From NCBI GenBank assembly GCA_965198225.1, contig CBDAOY010000009.1:288001-352000 (forward strand): DNA of 64,000 bases. The letters are read 5' to 3'. Both the position numbers and the translations under genes were made by a program. Positions 53,132 through 64,000 of the stretch are shown piece after piece (within the stretch, counting starts at the first letter, position 1; each line of letters begins with the position of its first letter). Below the pieces are notes generated by a model, which was not told the origin of the DNA, made no database searches, and worked only from the letters and a program-made list of their open reading frames with translations. This DNA is from Terriglobia bacterium. Lineage in GTDB: Bacteria > Acidobacteriota > Terriglobia > 20CM-2-55-15.

Positions 53132-54124
53132 CTAATACCCCGCGTGATTAGCCTCTTTTGATCCCTTCGCGCGAGCCGACCGCGGCAGCCTTGTTTGAGC
53201 CATCTCCCGGGCTCGCCCCCTATCCCGATAGTTTGTGTAGATCAGTACGGTAGGCGAAGCGATCGCGATGGAAGAATAGGTTCCGATCAAAACCCCCACC
53301 ACGAGCGCGAAGGCAAAATTGTTGATCACTTCCCCACCGAACAGGAACATCGCAAGGGCCGCGACCAGGGTCAATCCAGAAGTCAGGATCGTGCGGCTCA
53401 GGGTCTGGTTGATGCTCCGATTCAGCGTCGTTTCCAAACTATCTCTCCGACTCAGTCTCAAATTCTCCCGAACCCGATCAAAGACCACGATGGTGTCGTT
53501 GACTGAGTAGCCGACCAGGGTCAGCAACGCGGCGATCACCGTCAGATTGATCTCCTTGTTGAAGATCGAGAAAAAACCGAGCGTGATCAAAGTGTCGTGA
53601 AACACCGCGAGGACCGCCCCTGCGCCGTAGATCCACTGGAAGCGGAAGCCGATATAGACCAGGATTCCGGCCAGCGCATACAAGGTCGCGAATACCGCCT
53701 GGCGTCGCAGGTCCGCCCCGACTTTCGGGCCGACGGACTCGGAATTCAAGATCTCGAACTGTCCCTCGAACCCGTCGTTCAGTGCCGCGGTGATGATCTC
53801 GCGCCCGCGCCCCAGGTCCTCTGCCACCAGCTCCTGCGCGACCTGGATCAGGATGTCGTTGTTGCTCCCTCCCCCGGTCAGCTCCTGGATCTGGCTCTGC
53901 GGCGCTCCACCCTCGCGGAGCAACTCCCGGATCCGGTCGATCGGCGGTGGCTCCTGGAACCGCACATAGACAATCGCTCCCCCCTGAAAATCGACACCGT
54001 AGCGGAGCGTTCCCTTTGCAACGATTGAAATCAGGCCGGCAAGCAGCAGTATTGCCGATAACCCGAAGAACAGTCGCCGTTTACTTTGCCAATCAACCTG
54101 AATGTTCCCGAAAAGTTCGACCAT
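53132..54124 (-). CDS. secF: Protein translocase subunit SecF
   Basis: GVDFQGG and GYSVNDTIVVFDRVREN motifs. Confidence 0.95.
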   Translation of the reverse strand: MVELFGNIQVDWQSKRRLFFGLSAILLLAGLISIVAKGTLRYGVDFQGGAIVYVRFQEPPPIDRIRELLREGGAPQSQIQELTGGGSNNDILIQVAQELVAEDLGRGREIITAALNDGFEGQFEILNSESVGPKVGADLRRQAVFATLYALAGILVYIGFRFQWIYGAGAVLAVFHDTLITLGFFSIFNKEINLTVIAALLTLVGYSVNDTIVVFDRVRENLRLSRRDSLETTLNRSINQTLSRTILTSGLTLVAALAMFLFGGEVINNFAFALVVGVLIGTYSSIAIASPTVLIYTNYRDRGRAREMAQTRLPRSARAKGSKEANHAGY

Positions 54125-54188
54125 CGAGTCTTACCTAACTGTAGACACCGGGTCCGTCGCGATTGTTCCCGGAATCTGGAATAGTAGC

Positions 54189-55793
54189 CTAAATACTGAG
54201 TGTCGGAACGCGCTCCGCCCTGCCCAGAATCCACTCGAACAGGGTCCGTGAGACGAACACTGCAGTGAATACATTCGCTATGAGACCGATCACCAACGTG
54301 ACGGCAAAGCCCTGGACGGGCCCGGTTCCGAACAGGAACAGCATAATCGCCGAAATCAGAGCCGCCAGGTGGGTGTCGACAATCGTGATGAACACCCGGT
54401 TGAATCCAGTCACCACGGACGAAACCGCCGTCTTACCGGCACGTAGCTCCTCTCTGATTCTCTCGAAGATCAGGATGTTGGAATCGATGCCCACACCGAT
54501 CGTCAGGATGATTCCCGCGATGCCCGGCAGGGTCAGAGCCGCCTCGAAGTACGCCAGCGCACCGAAGAGCAGGACGATGTTCAGGATCATCGCGACGGTG
54601 GCGTTCACGCCGGACATCCGGTAATAGAAAAGCATGAAGAGCACGACCCCGAAGAGTGACACGACTCCGGCCAGAATCCCCTGCCGGATCGAGTCTGCTC
54701 CCAGTGAGGCTCCCACGACCCGCTCCTCGAGATACTCAATCGACGCGGGCAGCGCGCCGGAACGGAGGATAAGCGAGAGGTCCTGGGCCTCCTGCAGCGT
54801 GAACCCGCCCTGGCCTCCTTCGATGATTCCCGAGTCGGTAATCCGGCCGTTGATGCGCGGTGCCGACTGGATACGCCCGTCGAGAACGATCGCCAGAAGC
54901 CGGCCGATGTTTTCCTCGGTCGCGCGACCGAAGCGCTGCGCTCCATCGGCATTCAGGCTGAAACTTACGGCTGGGCGGCCGAAGCTGTCTCTCGAGGGGA
55001 ACGCGTTTCTCATGTCGCGACCCGTGATCGCCGCTATGCGTTCCACCGCGTACCAGGCTTCCCCACCACCCAGCGTCACGTCACCCTCGACTGATTCGAT
55101 CAGCTCGAGGTCTGGCGGCAGCGCGCCGCCGTAGCCGGCGAGGAGAGCCTGCTGATTCGGAAAGGGCCCGGTGTCGACCAGCTTGAGCTCCAGCAGCGCC
55201 GTGGACTGCATGAGGGTCTTCACGCGCGCAGGGTCGTCCACCCCCGGCAGCTGTACCAGGATCTCGTATTCACCCGGGCCACCGTGTTCCTGGATGGTCG
55301 GCTCGGTCACCCCGAACTCGTCGATGCGGTTTCGGATTGTCTGGATCGCCTGGTCGACGGCCTGGTCGCGGAAGATGATCTGGGTAGCGGTCTCGAGCTG
55401 AATCGTGTAGGTGTTGGGTACGTCCCCGGCAGTCGACAATATGTTCCACTCCGGAAACGAGTCGCCGAGGATGCGCCGGAAGTCCGCGTCCCGCGTCGGA
55501 TCGACACCGATCATCAGCATCTGGTCGTCAGCCGGGCGCGACGTCTGCCTGAAGATAATATTGTCTTCTGCGAGGAGATCCTCGAGGCGTTCGATCGCGA
55601 GATCCGTTTCAGCACGAATCGCGTCGTCGGTCACCACGCCCAGCACCAGGTGCGTACCTCCCTTCAGGTCCAGACCCAGGCGGATACTGTCTTGAATGTT
55701 GGCGAGGCTCGGAGGAATACCTAAAACGGGAAGTAAGGCCACCCCGATGACCACGAGGGTCACCACCAAACGATTGCGAATTCTCTTGGACAT
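54189..55793 (-). CDS. secD: Protein translocase subunit SecD
   Basis: LGLDLKGG, LRSGALPA and DSNILIFERIREE motifs. Confidence 0.95.
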   Translation of the reverse strand: MSKRIRNRLVVTLVVIGVALLPVLGIPPSLANIQDSIRLGLDLKGGTHLVLGVVTDDAIRAETDLAIERLEDLLAEDNIIFRQTSRPADDQMLMIGVDPTRDADFRRILGDSFPEWNILSTAGDVPNTYTIQLETATQIIFRDQAVDQAIQTIRNRIDEFGVTEPTIQEHGGPGEYEILVQLPGVDDPARVKTLMQSTALLELKLVDTGPFPNQQALLAGYGGALPPDLELIESVEGDVTLGGGEAWYAVERIAAITGRDMRNAFPSRDSFGRPAVSFSLNADGAQRFGRATEENIGRLLAIVLDGRIQSAPRINGRITDSGIIEGGQGGFTLQEAQDLSLILRSGALPASIEYLEERVVGASLGADSIRQGILAGVVSLFGVVLFMLFYYRMSGVNATVAMILNIVLLFGALAYFEAALTLPGIAGIILTIGVGIDSNILIFERIREELRAGKTAVSSVVTGFNRVFITIVDTHLAALISAIMLFLFGTGPVQGFAVTLVIGLIANVFTAVFVSRTLFEWILGRAERVPTLSI

Positions 55794-55800
55794 ATAGGAT

Positions 55801-56097
55801 CTACTCTTGCTCGGGCTCCTGCATCGACGCTACAGCGTTGCGCGAGATATCAATCTTGACGTTTTCGGCGATTCTCACCTGAAGCTTGTTTCCTCTCAAG
55901 GCAACGACCGTCCCCATGATCCCCCCGGTCGTGATGACCTTGTCACCAGTCTTCAGGTTGTCGATCATGTCCTGCAGCTTCTTCTGACGACGTCGGGCCG
56001 GCATGAAAACGATGACATAAAAGATGCCGATGATGAAAAGCAGCGGAAGAAAGCCGCCAAGCCCCGGGGACTGGGGCGGCGCCTGTTGAAGGAACAC
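55801..56097 (-). CDS. yajC: Preprotein translocase subunit YajC
   Basis: GDKVITTGGIMG; tgt-yajC-secD order. Confidence 0.93.
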   Translation of the reverse strand: MFLQQAPPQSPGLGGFLPLLFIIGIFYVIVFMPARRRQKKLQDMIDNLKTGDKVITTGGIMGTVVALRGNKLQVRIAENVKIDISRNAVASMQEPEQE

Positions 56098-56129
56098 CTC
56101 GACCTCCGAACGAAAAACGGGCCCAGGTT

Positions 56130-57360
<1,231 letters not shown>

Positions 57361-57370
57361 CGACCTTCCC

Positions 57371-58339
57371 TCACTCCACAAAGTGGCACGCACCCAACCG
57401 TCCGTCCGACAACCGACGCAGAGGGGGCTCTTCGGTCCGGCATCGATCTTCGACGATCGGACAACGGGTGTGGAAACGGCAGCCCGAGGGCGGGTTGATC
57501 GGGGTCGGCACGTCGCCGTGGAGGATGATACGCTCTCGCTTTCGTCCGGGTTCCGGAAGAGGCACGGCGCTCAGGAGGGCCTTGGTGTAGGGATGACGCG
57601 GCTCGACACAGATCTGTGCGCTGGTTCCGACTTCCACCAGCTTTCCCAGATACATCACGCCGATTCGGTTCGATATATGTTCGATCACGGGAATCCCGTG
57701 GGAGATGAACAGGTAGGTCAAACCCAACTGGTTCTGGAGGTCGGCCAGCAGGTTGATGATCTGGGCCTGGATGGACACGTCGAGCGCGGACACCGGCTCA
57801 TCGGCGACTATCAGTTTCGGCTTCATCGCCAGGGCGCGAGCGATGCCGATTCGCTGGCGCTGCCCTCCGCTGAATTCATGTGGGTAGCGGGTTCCCGCTT
57901 GCGGGTCCAGTCCGACCGTCTCCAGCAATTCCGCCACGCGTCGTTCACGTTCCGACCCGCTCGCAGTACCATGGATGGCGAATGGTTCCCCGACGATCGA
58001 CCGAACAGGCATTCTCGGGTTCAACGAAGCGTAGGGATCCTGGAAGATGATCTGCATGTCTCGGCGGCGACGGCGGAGGTCCCGGGGCCGGAGCGCTCGC
58101 AGATCGGCACCGTCGAACTGGATCTCTCCCGAATCGGGTTCAATCAACCGGAGCACCGCCCGGCCGGTCGTCGTCTTGCCGCAACCCGACTCGCCCACCA
58201 GGCCGAACGTTTCGCCTCGATCGATCGAGAAGCTTACGTCGTCCACCGCCTTGACGTAGTCCGTCGCACGCGACAGCACTCCCCGCCGGATCGGGAAATA
58301 CTTCCGCAGGTCTCGTACTTCCAGCAGTTTCTCAGGCAT
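57371..58339 (-). CDS. Oligo/dipeptide ABC ATPase (OppF/DppF-like)
   Basis: [17 protein letters not shown] and GCRFHTRCP motifs; ATG at 58339. Confidence 0.92.
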   Translation of the reverse strand: MPEKLLEVRDLRKYFPIRRGVLSRATDYVKAVDDVSFSIDRGETFGLVGESGCGKTTTGRAVLRLIEPDSGEIQFDGADLRALRPRDLRRRRRDMQIIFQDPYASLNPRMPVRSIVGEPFAIHGTASGSERERRVAELLETVGLDPQAGTRYPHEFSGGQRQRIGIARALAMKPKLIVADEPVSALDVSIQAQIINLLADLQNQLGLTYLFISHGIPVIEHISNRIGVMYLGKLVEVGTSAQICVEPRHPYTKALLSAVPLPEPGRKRERIILHGDVPTPINPPSGCRFHTRCPIVEDRCRTEEPPLRRLSDGRLGACHFVE

Positions 58340-59306
58340 GGATGCACCGGACATGGTGGTTGTCGGCGATCGCGTCGAGTGCGATTTCCGACTGCGAGCA
58401 CTCGTCGGTACGTTTTGCGCATCGTGAGGCGAAGGAACAGCCGACCGGCAGGTGCAGCAGGTTTGGGACAACCCCTTCGATGACATCGAGGCGATCCTTC
58501 TTCGCGAGGCTGGACCCCAGTTTGGGAATTGACTGCAGCAGACCCTGGGTGTAGGGATGGCGTGCTTCCCGGAATACCTGCTCCGCCGACCCGATTTCCA
58601 CGATCTTACCGGCGTACATGACGGCCACGGTCTCGGCGACCTCCGCTATCACGCCAAGGTCGTGCGAAATCAGCATCAGAGACAGGTTGTACTCGTCGCG
58701 CAGTTCGTTGAGCAGTTCCAGTATCTGGGCCTGGATCGTGACGTCGAGCGCGGTCGTGGGCTCGTCTGCGATCAACAGGGCAGGCTTACAGACCAGCGCC
58801 ATCGCGATCATCACCCTCTGGCGCATCCCTCCGGAGAGCTGGTGCGGGTAGTCCTTGGCCCGACGCGCCGCATCAGGTATCGCGACGGCCTGCATCGCTT
58901 CGACCGCACGATCCCAGGCTTCTCCCTGAGACACGTTCTCGTGGGCCAGGACCGACTCGGCAATCTGGTACCCGGTCGTCAACACCGGGTTGAGGGCGGT
59001 CATCGGTTCCTGAAAGATCATCGATACCCGATCGCCTCTCCGACGGCGCATGTCGCGTTCGTCGAGTTTGAGGACATCCTCGCCGTCGAGGAGGATCTGA
59101 CCTTCCACGACGCGGCCCGGATGAGCGATCAAGCGGGTGATCGAAAGGGCGGTGACACTCTTGCCCGATCCGCTCTCACCAACCAGACCCATCGTCCCGC
59201 CGCGCTCGATTGAAAACGAAACATCGTCGACCGCTTTGACGATACCTTCCTCGGTAAAGAAGTACGTTTTGAGGTTGCGTACGTCGAGAACGTTGTCGTG
59301 GGCCAT
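58332..59306 (-). CDS. Oligo/dipeptide ABC ATPase (OppD/DppD-like)
   Basis: [20 protein letters not shown] and DEPTTALD motifs. Confidence 0.92.
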   Translation of the reverse strand: MAHDNVLDVRNLKTYFFTEEGIVKAVDDVSFSIERGGTMGLVGESGSGKSVTALSITRLIAHPGRVVEGQILLDGEDVLKLDERDMRRRRGDRVSMIFQEPMTALNPVLTTGYQIAESVLAHENVSQGEAWDRAVEAMQAVAIPDAARRAKDYPHQLSGGMRQRVMIAMALVCKPALLIADEPTTALDVTIQAQILELLNELRDEYNLSLMLISHDLGVIAEVAETVAVMYAGKIVEIGSAEQVFREARHPYTQGLLQSIPKLGSSLAKKDRLDVIEGVVPNLLHLPVGCSFASRCAKRTDECSQSEIALDAIADNHHVRCIHA

Positions 59307-59308
59307 GA

Positions 59309-60922
59309 CTATACGGTAACCGCCTCCCGGTACTCCCCGAACACCCGGCGAAAGCCGTCTGAGATTTCGCCGACCGTGGCCCGGGCCTGAACGGCCTCGA
59401 GTATGGAAGGCATTAGATTACCGTCGCCCCGGGCGGCTTCCTCCAGTTTCTCGATCGCTCGGACGGCCGCATCTGAGTCGCGTTTGTTTCGGAGGTCTCC
59501 CAGCCTTTCGACCTGGTTCTGCTCCAGCTCCGGGTCGATTCTGTGGATCGGAATTCGCTCCTCGTCGGTAGACTCGTACCGGTTGACCCCGATAATGATT
59601 CGTTCCCCGGCCTCAACGGCACGCTGGTACCGGTAGGCCGCCTCCTGGATTTCCTTCTGTACAAAACCGCTCTCGATGGCGGACAGCATTCCACCAAGTG
59701 AATCGATTTTCTCCAGGTAAGCGAGCGTGTCCCGTTCGAGGCGGTCCGTCAGCGCCTCCAAGGCATAGGATCCGCCGACCGGATCCACCGTATTTGCCAC
59801 TCCCGACTCGTGTGCGATCAACTGTTGGGTACGCAGCGCCAGGCGCGCCGCATCCTCCCGGGGCAGGGCCAGGGCTTCGTCCTTCGAATTCGTGTGGACC
59901 GACTGAGCACCTCCCAGGACGGCGGCCAGGGCCTGGAGCGTGACGCGAACGATGTTGGCATCGGGAAGCTGGGCCGTGAGCGATGACCCGGCTGTCTGCG
60001 CATGGAACCGCATCGCCTGCGAACGTTCATTCCTGGCCCCGAAGCGTTCGCGCGCCAGGCGCGCCCACAGCCGGCGCGCGGCTCGGAACTTGGCGATCTC
60101 TTCGAGGAAGTCGCTGTGGGCGTTGAAGAAGAAAGACAGGCGTGGCGCAAAGGTGTCGATATCCATCCCGCGCGCGAGCGCGGCCTCTACGTAAGCGATC
60201 GCGTTGCCGAGTGTAAAGGCCAACTCCTGGACCGCAGTCGATCCGGCTTCCCGGATGTGGTAGCCGCTGATGGAAATCGTGTTCCAGTTCGGCACCTCAC
60301 GCCGGCAGTACTCGAAGACATCGGTAATCAGCCGGAGGGACGGCTTCGCCGGGTAGATATAAGTGCCGCGGGCGATGTACTCCTTCAGGATGTCGTTCTG
60401 CACCGTACCTCGAAGTCGGTCGGCGCTGATGCCGCGGCGTGCCGCGACGGCAACGTAAAGAGCCAGCAGAATCGGAGCGGTCGCGTTGATAGTCATCGAC
60501 GTCGAGACGCGCTCCAGGGGGATGCCGTCGAGCAGGACCTCCATGTCGTCGATCGAATCGATCGCGACACCGACTTTCCCGACCTCGCCGCGGGCAAGCT
60601 CGTTGTCGGAATCCAGCCCGATCTGCGTCGGCAGGTCGAAAGCCACCGACAGGCCCGTCTGTCCGTTGTCGAGGAGATACTTGAACCGCGCGTTTGTTTC
60701 GGCCGCCGAACCGAAGCCCGCGTATTGCCGCATCGTCCACAGTTTCCCGCGGTACATCGTGTCGCGGATGCCGCGCGTGTAGGGATAGGAGCCGGGGCTG
60801 CCGAGCTTGTCCCGGTAGTCGCCCTCACCTCCCTCCGAGCGTAGGTAAACCCGGTCCAGCTCGATGCCTGAAAGCGTCTCAAAACGCTCCCTTCCCTGGT
60901 CAGTCTTGCGATCGGAGCCCAT
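59309..60922 (-). CDS. Methylmalonyl-CoA mutase family, N-terminal (substrate-binding) subunit
   Basis: [17 protein letters not shown] and [10 protein letters not shown] motifs; no B12-binding domain. Confidence 0.92.
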   Translation of the reverse strand: MGSDRKTDQGRERFETLSGIELDRVYLRSEGGEGDYRDKLGSPGSYPYTRGIRDTMYRGKLWTMRQYAGFGSAAETNARFKYLLDNGQTGLSVAFDLPTQIGLDSDNELARGEVGKVGVAIDSIDDMEVLLDGIPLERVSTSMTINATAPILLALYVAVAARRGISADRLRGTVQNDILKEYIARGTYIYPAKPSLRLITDVFEYCRREVPNWNTISISGYHIREAGSTAVQELAFTLGNAIAYVEAALARGMDIDTFAPRLSFFFNAHSDFLEEIAKFRAARRLWARLARERFGARNERSQAMRFHAQTAGSSLTAQLPDANIVRVTLQALAAVLGGAQSVHTNSKDEALALPREDAARLALRTQQLIAHESGVANTVDPVGGSYALEALTDRLERDTLAYLEKIDSLGGMLSAIESGFVQKEIQEAAYRYQRAVEAGERIIIGVNRYESTDEERIPIHRIDPELEQNQVERLGDLRNKRDSDAAVRAIEKLEEAARGDGNLMPSILEAVQARATVGEISDGFRRVFGEYREAVTV

Positions 60923-60941
60923 GGCTACATAAGCGTAGCAA

Positions 60942-61010
60942 GTCAGTAGTCGGTTGTCAGTAGTCACTAGCCGGTTGGGGAAGTGACGGGTGACGATTGA
61001 CAAGTCGACC
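60942..61010. repeat. Heptamer-periodic inverted repeat element
   Basis: GTCAGTA GTCGGTT GTCAGTA GTCACTA ... GTGACGG GTGACGA TTGACAA. Confidence 0.55.
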
Positions 61011-61324
61011 GGCCTTGCCTGCAATTTTTTCTGCGATCCGAAACCGTTGTCCGAACGACTTCAAGAAAGAGCCGCAGAGTCTGAAGATCCAAAGTCTTTC
61101 TCTGCGTCTTTGCGTCAAGAAAGCGTGTCGGCCGGCGCAAAGCGAGCCACCGGACTCTCCAGCGGTACGCCCACCAGGCCTTGTCCACCAAAACGAAAGG
61201 AGACAAATAATGGTGCGGTGAGGCGGAGGAGCAGAAGCGCATCCGGGAGTGGGATTAGGTGGGCTTCACTCTTGCCGGACGTTTCCGGCGTTTTTCTGCG
61301 GGTGCTTTTCGTTCGATCGTCGCG

Positions 61325-61939
61325 CTAGGCGAATCGGGGCTGACTGCGGTGGACGCAGAACAGTGTCACCTGGCCTTCAGGGAGATCCATCGACAGATGG
61401 TAGGTGTCCTGGGGCACTCCGTCGAACGAAAACTCGCCGACGGGGTTCGTCTGTGTCTTGAACCGAACCAACCCGTGGGACTCCAGGCGGACCGGCGTGT
61501 TTTCGAAGAAGTCTGTCGACTCCGACACAACCTGCCCGGCCAAAGAAATGCGATCGTCCTTTTCCGGTTCGATCCGGACATCGACGTCGACATCGCCGGC
61601 CTTGAACAGCAGCTGCCGGGGGACGCTGCCCACGTGCCGGATACCGGCCGGAAGCGGTTGCTCGAAGCTGTCGAAGACCAGGGTTCCAAAGATGCGCCGC
61701 ACGGCGCTTTCGTGCGGACGGAGTACAGGCTGGAACAGCTCCACGCTCCACTCAAGGAGATGGGCGGGAGGCTCGTTGGCGGCATCCTCCTGCAGGAAAC
61801 CAGTCAATTCCTGAAATTCCCGCACCTTACTTTCGCACCGGCTGCATGAAGCAAGGTGTTGCTGTAGTGCGTCGCGGTTCTCCGTATCTGCTTTGTTTTC
61901 TACAAAATCAAGAATGGCTTGTGTGGTTGGATGTCGCAT
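61325..61939 (-). CDS. Zinc-finger anti-sigma-like protein with C-terminal Ig-like domain
   Basis: HLASCSRC ZAS motif; TNPVGEFSFDGVPQDTY carboxypeptidase-regulatory-like domain. Confidence 0.75.
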   Translation of the reverse strand: MRHPTTQAILDFVENKADTENRDALQQHLASCSRCESKVREFQELTGFLQEDAANEPPAHLLEWSVELFQPVLRPHESAVRRIFGTLVFDSFEQPLPAGIRHVGSVPRQLLFKAGDVDVDVRIEPEKDDRISLAGQVVSESTDFFENTPVRLESHGLVRFKTQTNPVGEFSFDGVPQDTYHLSMDLPEGQVTLFCVHRSQPRFA

Positions 61940-62084
61940 CGTCGTCTCCGTGTTGCGTCCGTGCTATTCTCAACGCATTCCCCTGCGCTGTATACGCTTA
62001 TATACTAGGAGAGCCCTGGAGGCCGCTCAAAATACACGAAACTGCACCCCATCCCCCGCCGAGCGCTTGTTTTCAATCAGATCC

Positions 62085-62654
62085 TCATTGGATCCCCCGC
62101 CTGCGCAGAAGGGTCCGAAGCTTGTCGAAACATCGGGCCCGCGTGGGCCCGATGCTGGGCACGGGCATCTCGAGCCTCTCGCTGATTTGCTCATAGGTCG
62201 GGCTCGTGGGGTCGTAATAAAGGAGCTCCAAGAGCCGGCGGCACCGCTCCGGCAGATCCTGCATCGTTTCGCGAATCTTCTGCTGCTGATCCGAGTCGAC
62301 CTGGATCGCCTCGATGTCCTCGCCCGGGTCCGGCGTCTCTTCCATTCCTTCCTCGTCGCCGACGCTCCTCTGCGTCAACGACTTGAGTTGGATACAATGT
62401 CGCGTTGTCGTCGTGATGAGCCAGGCGCTGACCTTCGACTCATCCTTGAGGTTGGCAAGGTTTTCGAGCAGCTTCACGACGACCGTCTGGAAGACGTCCT
62501 CGCAATCCGCCTGGGGAAAGCGGAACTTGTTGGGGATCGAGAAAATAAGGCGACGGTAACGCGCGATCAGCGTTTCCCACGCTTCGGAATCGCCCTCCAG
62601 GCACAGCGAAACCAACTCGGGGTCGGTTTTTTTCTGGTAGCGGGAAGCCTTCAC
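62085..62654 (-). CDS. ECF sigma-70 factor
   Basis: Region 2 (DCEDVFQ, WLITT) and region 4 (YEQISERLEMPVPSIGPTRARC). Confidence 0.9.
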   Translation of the reverse strand: MKASRYQKKTDPELVSLCLEGDSEAWETLIARYRRLIFSIPNKFRFPQADCEDVFQTVVVKLLENLANLKDESKVSAWLITTTTRHCIQLKSLTQRSVGDEEGMEETPDPGEDIEAIQVDSDQQQKIRETMQDLPERCRRLLELLYYDPTSPTYEQISERLEMPVPSIGPTRARCFDKLRTLLRRRGIQ

Positions 62655-62902
62655 CTCTGAATCTTCCTCGCCTTCCAGAAACTGTGCAGTCCGAACCCAA
62701 GCATCGAGACTGAAAAGACGACCGCCAGGCCGAGACGCCAGAACCCCTGTTCCGGATCATTCCCGTAAAGTTGGTACTCCTGTACGATGCTGGTTACCCC
62801 GAGGATGAACAACGCGAGGAAAAACGCACCGAGGACCTCGAGCGCGAGCGTATGGGCGACGCGGAATGCGTCTCTGAATGCTGTTCTGAATCTCCCGGCC
62901 AT
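62651..62902 (-). CDS. Small two-TM membrane protein
   Basis: Two hydrophobic helices; GTGA overlap with the sigma gene. Confidence 0.65.
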   Translation of the reverse strand: MAGRFRTAFRDAFRVAHTLALEVLGAFFLALFILGVTSIVQEYQLYGNDPEQGFWRLGLAVVFSVSMLGFGLHSFWKARKIQR

Positions 62903-63196
62903 TCGAACGGGTGTCCTTCCCCGTCGCGCTCACCAGCGGTCGCAACGTCTGTCGGTGTCGGTTCGATTTCCCAGCGGGCCAGTCGCGCCAGGGGTTTTCA
63001 CCCCCAGACCGAATCGCCTTCTTTCAATTGTGCCGGAAAAGAGCGGCGAACGGAAAATCGGACATCGCCTTAAGAGGGCTATTTGCTGCAAGAAAAGGCG
63101 GTTTCTGCCCGTGCTTGACACCCCGCAGAATAAGTGCGATAAGTGCGTAGGCTACCTCAAACACATCGAATTGACCACCAGGGTCGGGGGAAAGCG

Positions 63197-63449
63197 TTGG
63201 AGTTGGACGACAATCTGAAGAGGCTGATGAAAGATCTGGGTGCTGCGATCAACGACGCGCTCTCGGATTCGGAAGAAATCAGCGAGGCGATCCAGAACGT
63301 TCGCGACTCCGGCTATGATGTTTTCCTGGTCCTGGAAGCCACGATCGGCTTCAACAGGCGCTCCGAAGGTGGATCGGACGGGGAGGAGGAAACGCCGGAA
63401 GTTTTTGAAGTCGCTCAAGATCAAGGTCGACGATCTGGACCAGCAGTAG
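63197..63449 (+). pseudogene. Small conserved-looking protein with an apparent deletion/frameshift
   Basis: DDNLKRLMKDLGAAINDAL...LEATIGF; protein-like tail RKFLKSLKIKVDDLDQQ* lies in another frame; TTGACA at 63115. Confidence 0.6.
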
Positions 63450-64000
63450 CCCACATCTGTTCGGCAACTTCGATAACCTCCCCGACTTCGATATCCTCGA
63501 CGGAATCTTTTCTGATGTAGCGGTCGCCCCTGCCTACAGGCCGGTAGTGGAGCGGAAGGCTCAAGCTGAAGATGCCCAGCGTCGGCACGCCCATTGCCGA
63601 TCCGATGTGCATCGGGCCAGTGTCATTGCTGATCATCAGGTTGGCGCACGCTATCGTTCCTGCCAGTTCTGCGATACTGAGCCCGGTCATTATTAGAACC
63701 GACCCTGGCAGGCGAACAAGCTGTCGGGTTTCCTCCGCGATTCTCTCCTCGGCCTCCGAGGCGCCGGCAAGAATCAAGACCCTCGCCCTCCAGTTTGCCG
63801 TCGCGTGGTCAGCCACCGCTGCAAAACTGGCCGAAGGCCAACGCCGGTCGATTACCGATGCCCCAACGTAGAGGACCACCTTTGCAGTCGACTTCCCGAC
63901 GAGCGCCTCGACTCGGGAGCGTACATCCGGGGGGATCTCGAGCATAGGCGGGCGGGAGGAGGGGGGAGCAAGAGTTCCAGGCAAGTTGCCGACAACCCGC
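63421..64000 (-). CDS. Glycosyltransferase family 9 (heptosyltransferase-like), 5' end beyond window
   Basis: RRWP and SNDTGPMHIGSAMGVPTLGIF motifs. Confidence 0.85.
   Translation of the reverse strand, partial: RVVGNLPGTLAPPSSRPPMLEIPPDVRSRVEALVGKSTAKVVLYVGASVIDRRWPSASFAAVADHATANWRARVLILAGASEAEERIAEETRQLVRLPGSVLIMTGLSIAELAGTIACANLMISNDTGPMHIGSAMGVPTLGIFSLSLPLHYRPVGRGDRYIRKDSVEDIEVGEVIEVAEQMWATAGPDRRP

Overview
GC-rich bacterial chromosomal segment. The gene content (TonB-ExbB-ExbD-ExbD-TPR block, PD40-propeller Ser/Thr kinase, conserved small hypotheticals) suggests Acidobacteriota, which is an inference. Core genes: trpEGDCFBA operon, 3-oxoacid CoA-transferase and thiolase, ugd-uxs-galE, proC, cobQ plus BtuCD-like transporter, amidase with a GatC-like partner, acyl-CoA carboxylase, rpmB, TamA/BamA-SurA-like-TamB, relA, tgt-yajC-secDF, oligopeptide ABC ATPases, methylmalonyl-CoA mutase and an ECF sigma/anti-sigma pair. 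Accessory elements: (1) a ~5.2 kb integrative, satellite-like island at tRNA-Ser(GCT), carrying a P4-type integrase, AlpA, a coupled small-ORF operon and an uncharacterised two-gene cargo operon, which is the best candidate for a novel system; (2) an insertion-riddled tandem copy of the tRNA; (3) a class IIC group II intron whose branch-point A is replaced by C and whose RT carries a 19-aa insertion; (4) a family of 7-9-nt-periodic intergenic hairpin repeats; (5) four frameshifted genes. All calls come from reading the sequence; no searches were run.
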